Part shown: piece after piece, positions 60,085-64,000 of the stretch
Layout of the letters: every line of letters starts with the position of its first letter
How positions within the stretch are numbered: the stretch's first letter is position 1
Assembly: GCA_011109175.1 (NCBI GenBank)
Contig: RDEW01000016.1
Span: forward strand, 298,049 to 362,048
Reading direction: 5' to 3'
DNA length: 64,000 nt
From: Dicyema japonicum
Lineage: Eukaryota > Animalia > Dicyemida
Notes under the pieces: model-generated
Seen by the model: the letters and a program-made list of their open reading frames with translations, nothing else
Databases searched by the model: none
Told to the model about the DNA's origin: nothing
Position numbers and translations under genes: made by a program

Positions 60085-60371
60085 TACTGTGAACGATCAA
60101 CAATGGGATATTTAAATATTAACAAACATCAATCAATAATTTTATTATCAATATGCCTTGATTAATTTAACATTACTGTTCTTAAAATAAAGTGATTTCT
60201 GCCTAAGGTGGATTTAAGTTATAGAAACAGTACTTATTCCTTGCCGGAAGGTCTGTGTTTTTTACTATCAAATATATTTGTTTCATTTTTTACTTTTATT
60301 GTTATGTCCATTCAGATGTGTTCAAATAATTCAGTCACATAGTCATAACTCATTATCTGAAAATAAATATA

Positions 60372-60521
60372 CTGTTACTATGAACTTTTACAGTTACTAT
60401 GAACTTTTACAGTTACTATGAACTTTTACAGTTACTATGAACTTTTACAGTTACTATGAACTTTTACTGTTACTATGAACTTTTACTGTTACTATGAACT
60501 TTTACTGTTACTATGACCTTT
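60372..60521. repeat. Minisatellite, ~8 x 19 bp (CWGTTACTATGAACTTTTA)
   Basis: Head-to-tail copies with no spacers. Confidence 0.95.
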
Positions 60522-60579
60522 CGTTAATGAAAAATTCAAATAATAATTATGAAATGATGAAAAACTGGAATAATAGTCA

Positions 60580-61135
60580 TGGAAACGTCTCAGTTGTGTT
60601 AATGTTACAAATAAAACACTTGGAAATATTAAGGATGCAAATATAATATCTGGCTTGAATTCTGCGACTGTGGCCAGTGTGACCCGACGTTTTACGGAGG
60701 ACTTTGTATTCTGCTTTAACAACCCAGAAGATGCTAGCTTATTTGAAAAGGATCTTAATGCAAAGTTGCCTTTTGGGGATAATGGACACAAACGTCACGA
60801 ACTAAGTTACCACATTCGGAAATTATATTAAAAAATTTACTAACGTGGGTAGAATGAATACCTCGCTACTATTATTAAAAAACGTGGCAAAAACCATGGC
60901 AAAACTAATAATAGAAAACCGTGGAGAAGCTCAGTCTTTAATTAGACTTGGTTTTAAAATTGTTTTCTCACAAGTTACAGCTGAATGGTTTAAAAAACCT
61001 AAAATTCAATGCTTTCGCTGCAAGTTATTCGGTCATATTGCTCGTTTCTGCAAAAACGTTGAAAAACGCTTTGAAATTGTCATTGTCCACCACAATGCTC
61101 ATTGTTTGACAGTCGTATCTGATTTGTTTATTTGA
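60580..61135 (+). mobile_element. LINE ORF1 (gag-like) remnant with CCHC zinc knuckle
   Basis: KIQCFRCKLFGHIARFC. Confidence 0.7.
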
Positions 61136-61519
61136 TAAAAATTAATTTAAAAAATCACAAACGACCAATATTGATTATCTACAGAGACGACGAGCATTAA
61201 CCAGCACGTTTAATTAATTTATCAAACAGAATTTTGTTAACATAATGAACAACATCCTCCAATAGAATGGATTTCGTCAATCGTTTCAGTGTGGATGTCA
61301 TTTTCCCGGGAGTCGTCTGGTCAGACTAGTCCATATTTATGTTTTATTCACGTTATGATCACAAAGTCCGAATTATTTGTTTATTTGCAGTTTATGGTGG
61401 CATGTGTTTATTATAGTAGTAATCTTGTTATTGGGTTGGTGTCAAAGATGTAAACACGGAGGACATCTGGATCACATGACACAGTGGTTTGAAACTAACA
61501 CTTACTGTCATTCTGGATG

Positions 61520-61852
61520 GGCATAATAATGTTCGCATTTTCCGAGGAGCCATATCCGTTATAGCTTCCCACAGGCAGAACACACACTTTATTTTAAGCA
61601 AAGAACAGTTATTATAACTAATCGTAGAGGGAGAACCAAGGAATGCTCTTCACTTTTTGTTTTCTTTTTCTAGGTTGTGTGTCCTTTTAGACAATCCAGT
61701 CTCGCAGTGAATCTCCACTGATGACGGCGTCACTCGTCAAGCCCTTTTAGCATCGTAGATTCGTGGAACCTTCTATTAGGTGAACAGCAGCGAGAATCGA
61801 ACCCGTGACCTGAGCCAATTTAGCCCGACACCTAACCACATTCCATCCGGCT
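61520..61852 (-). mobile_element. tRNA-derived SINE copy
   Basis: Colinear with 50950-51271; head AGCCGGATGGAATGTGGTTAGG..GGGTTCGATTCTC. Confidence 0.8.
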
Positions 61853-62229
61853 GGATGGGCATGATTGTACAAATTAATTATATTCAGGACAATTTTAGTA
61901 TTTATTATTTTTATTCATAGTTCTACCAATTATAGAAATCGGTGATTCATTATTTATATAATAATAAAAAATAAACGTGTGTTTCTTGTGTGGTTGATTG
62001 TATGTCTGCTCTCTCAAGTACGGAACAATTCTTGTTGCCCTTCCTACTTATTTGATGGAAGAAAATACACGATCCGAAGTAGGACATTTGGCTTCAGGGC
62101 TGCATGAACACTCTGAGGTTAAAAAATGTCAAGAAATTGCTTTAGAGAGGGATTTCTAAAAACGATAATGTTAAAGTTGTAAGTTCCCCACAAAGTAATT
62201 TGTTCTTGATACTCCCACAAAAATTCTGT

Positions 62230-63060
62230 ATATAGATAGTGTGTGGAGTTGAAGATTCATTCAGAATTGTTCGGATGATTGCACGGGATGCAAGGGCTCC
62301 GACCCGGAAAATCCCTTTCAGGATAGTCAGAACCGATGTGCTTACTGCATTTAATGCAGCCATTGCAAGTTATATTGCTGTTCAACGACCCAGGAATCTT
62401 AACGAAGTAACAGACATTATATATGAAATATGACGTTTTACGTGGAAGTTACAAACATCAAGTGAATGGAAGGTGAATACTGAATAGAAAATAGCCGCAC
62501 TTAAGGAAAATTTGTGTCTCTTTAGTGACTTTGAGACTAAAAGAGGATAAAGAAAGAATGATGAATATACTTGCTTCTTATGGATATAAGAAAACACAAA
62601 AGGGAGAATTTACCATAGTAGTTGCAGCAATTATAAAAAAAATTAGAGTACTGGAAAAAAGACTCACAATTCATGAGTCGAGGATAGCATTCAGGAATTA
62701 TGTGTTCGAATTAAACAGAAGGGGATTCTATCGAAGTCTTACCGGTGATACTCAGCATACTGTGTGTGAAGTGGGAAAAGATGAGTGTTTATCTTTTTGG
62801 GAACCGTGTGGGAAAAAGCTGAAATCCAGAGATCTTTCAACGTTGTCGAAAAATGTACAACTGGAGTGGAAGAGTCCCTAGTGGATATAACACCTGACTT
62901 TATCAAGAACATAATTGAATGTTCACCTAATTGGAAATCATCTGGCTGCGATGGTGTCTATATTTTTTAGTCAAGAAATTTGAGGCCCTTCACGATATTT
63001 TGTGTGATGAGCTATTGAAAATTGTTGGTGGGGAATATTCACCGGACATGTGGTTTAACA
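62230..63060 (+). mobile_element. Diverged R2/NeSL-like RLE element 5' part
   Basis: VLTAFNAAIA..LNEVTDIIY, HESRIAF..FELNRRGFYRSL, PNWKSSGCDGVY parallel the 33.4-34.5 kb segment. Confidence 0.75.
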
Positions 63061-63649
63061 CCTGAGTTTTTTATTTTCAAGTGCGTGTTTTTATTAATAG
63101 TATAGATATGAAAATATTATGTAACGTTATGTAATAGAGATTAACATCATTGTACTTAGAAACTGGTTATGCAATAATCAAAAATTCTCCTTTATCAGAA
63201 ACCACCATTGATACTCAGTCCCAATTCCTTGACTAATATTAAACGATCCACCGTCTTTGGCTTTCATCAAACAAAGGAATATCATGTTTACGAAAAAAAT
63301 CGCTCTTCTCATTAAACTGAAAAAATCTCAACTTGGTCTATTTAAATAGACCTGTTGCTTGGAAAAGAAAGACACTTCTAATTCCGACTGTGAAAAATGG
63401 ATATACCTTAATTAGACGCTAATTCATTCTCTTTCTGATATATCCGAGGTTATTAAATAAATTAGTTGTACATACACTTCCAAATAATACGAAACATTGT
63501 GTCGTGCCAGGATGAATCGTTGACTCATAGGTGACCTGTTTGACGTGAACGTTCAGCTAGAAGGCCAATATTTGTGTTATTAAATAAAATGACTACATAA
63601 ACCTCCAAATAATAAGAAGCATAAGGACGAATCATATATTTATTAAATT

Positions 63650-64000
63650 TAAATTATGTGATGTTATTTTTAATCAATGCATTCCATCCATTGATTTCAC
63701 TTGATAAACAGCCAAATATTTGTTTCTGCTTTGCTCGCTTGCTAAAATAGAATAAAGCTTTCATTTCCTCTACGGGTTCCCATTTCGCATTCCAGTCCCC
63801 GGCAATAAACAATAAGTATGATGAACAGAGGTCTGTTAATGTCATTACCAATTCCTCGTTAGAACAGGTCATGTTCTTCCGGATTTTTTAGAATACGTCC
63901 ACTGTGTGGTGCGTAAACGTTTTCAAATGTGATTAGTCTCCTCGAATTTCTGCTTGATCTTGTACGTATTTGTAAGACACTGATTCTGTCATTGCCAGTA
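63650..64000 (-). mobile_element. APE-type LINE endonuclease fragment
   Basis: LFIAGDWNAK. Confidence 0.55.

Noticed and set aside
60372-60521. CRISPR array
   Set aside because: Units are head-to-tail without unique spacers, and the context is eukaryotic
1-64000. Microsporidian (fungal) origin of the whole contig
   Set aside because: TRAP1, Gal3ST, ferritin and an intron-rich PA-TM-RING gene are animal-type; only some TEs look microsporidia-like

Overview
AT-rich eukaryotic nuclear DNA, most likely from a reduced metazoan parasite. Host genes are animal-like (TRAP1, RPA3, PA-TM-RING E3 ligase, ferritin, galactose-3-O-sulfotransferase, RPL34) and carry GT-AG micro-introns of mostly 21-29 nt. 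That fits a myxozoan (e.g. Sphaerospora) or a dicyemid; the species cannot be fixed from sequence alone. Much of the window is decayed transposons: CRE-clade and R2/NeSL-like RLE retroelements, RTE-like and Ingi/Vingi-like APE LINEs (one with an intact 2A motif), a Mutator element with its MITE, hAT, pogo and Ginger-like fragments, and a three-copy tRNA-derived SINE. A ~1.75 kb duplication carries two Thr/Pro-rich mucin-like genes. The most unusual signal is a strong excess of the palindrome CACGTG inside and around host genes (all three codon phases and inside a 27-nt intron), nearly absent from TE DNA. The window also holds a decayed E-box-type bHLH gene and a small ORF with a Sin3-interaction-like helix. 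Several host genes have homopolymer indels, so some frameshifts may be long-read assembly errors. All identifications are from manual translation and remembered motifs; no searches were run, and TE boundaries are approximate.
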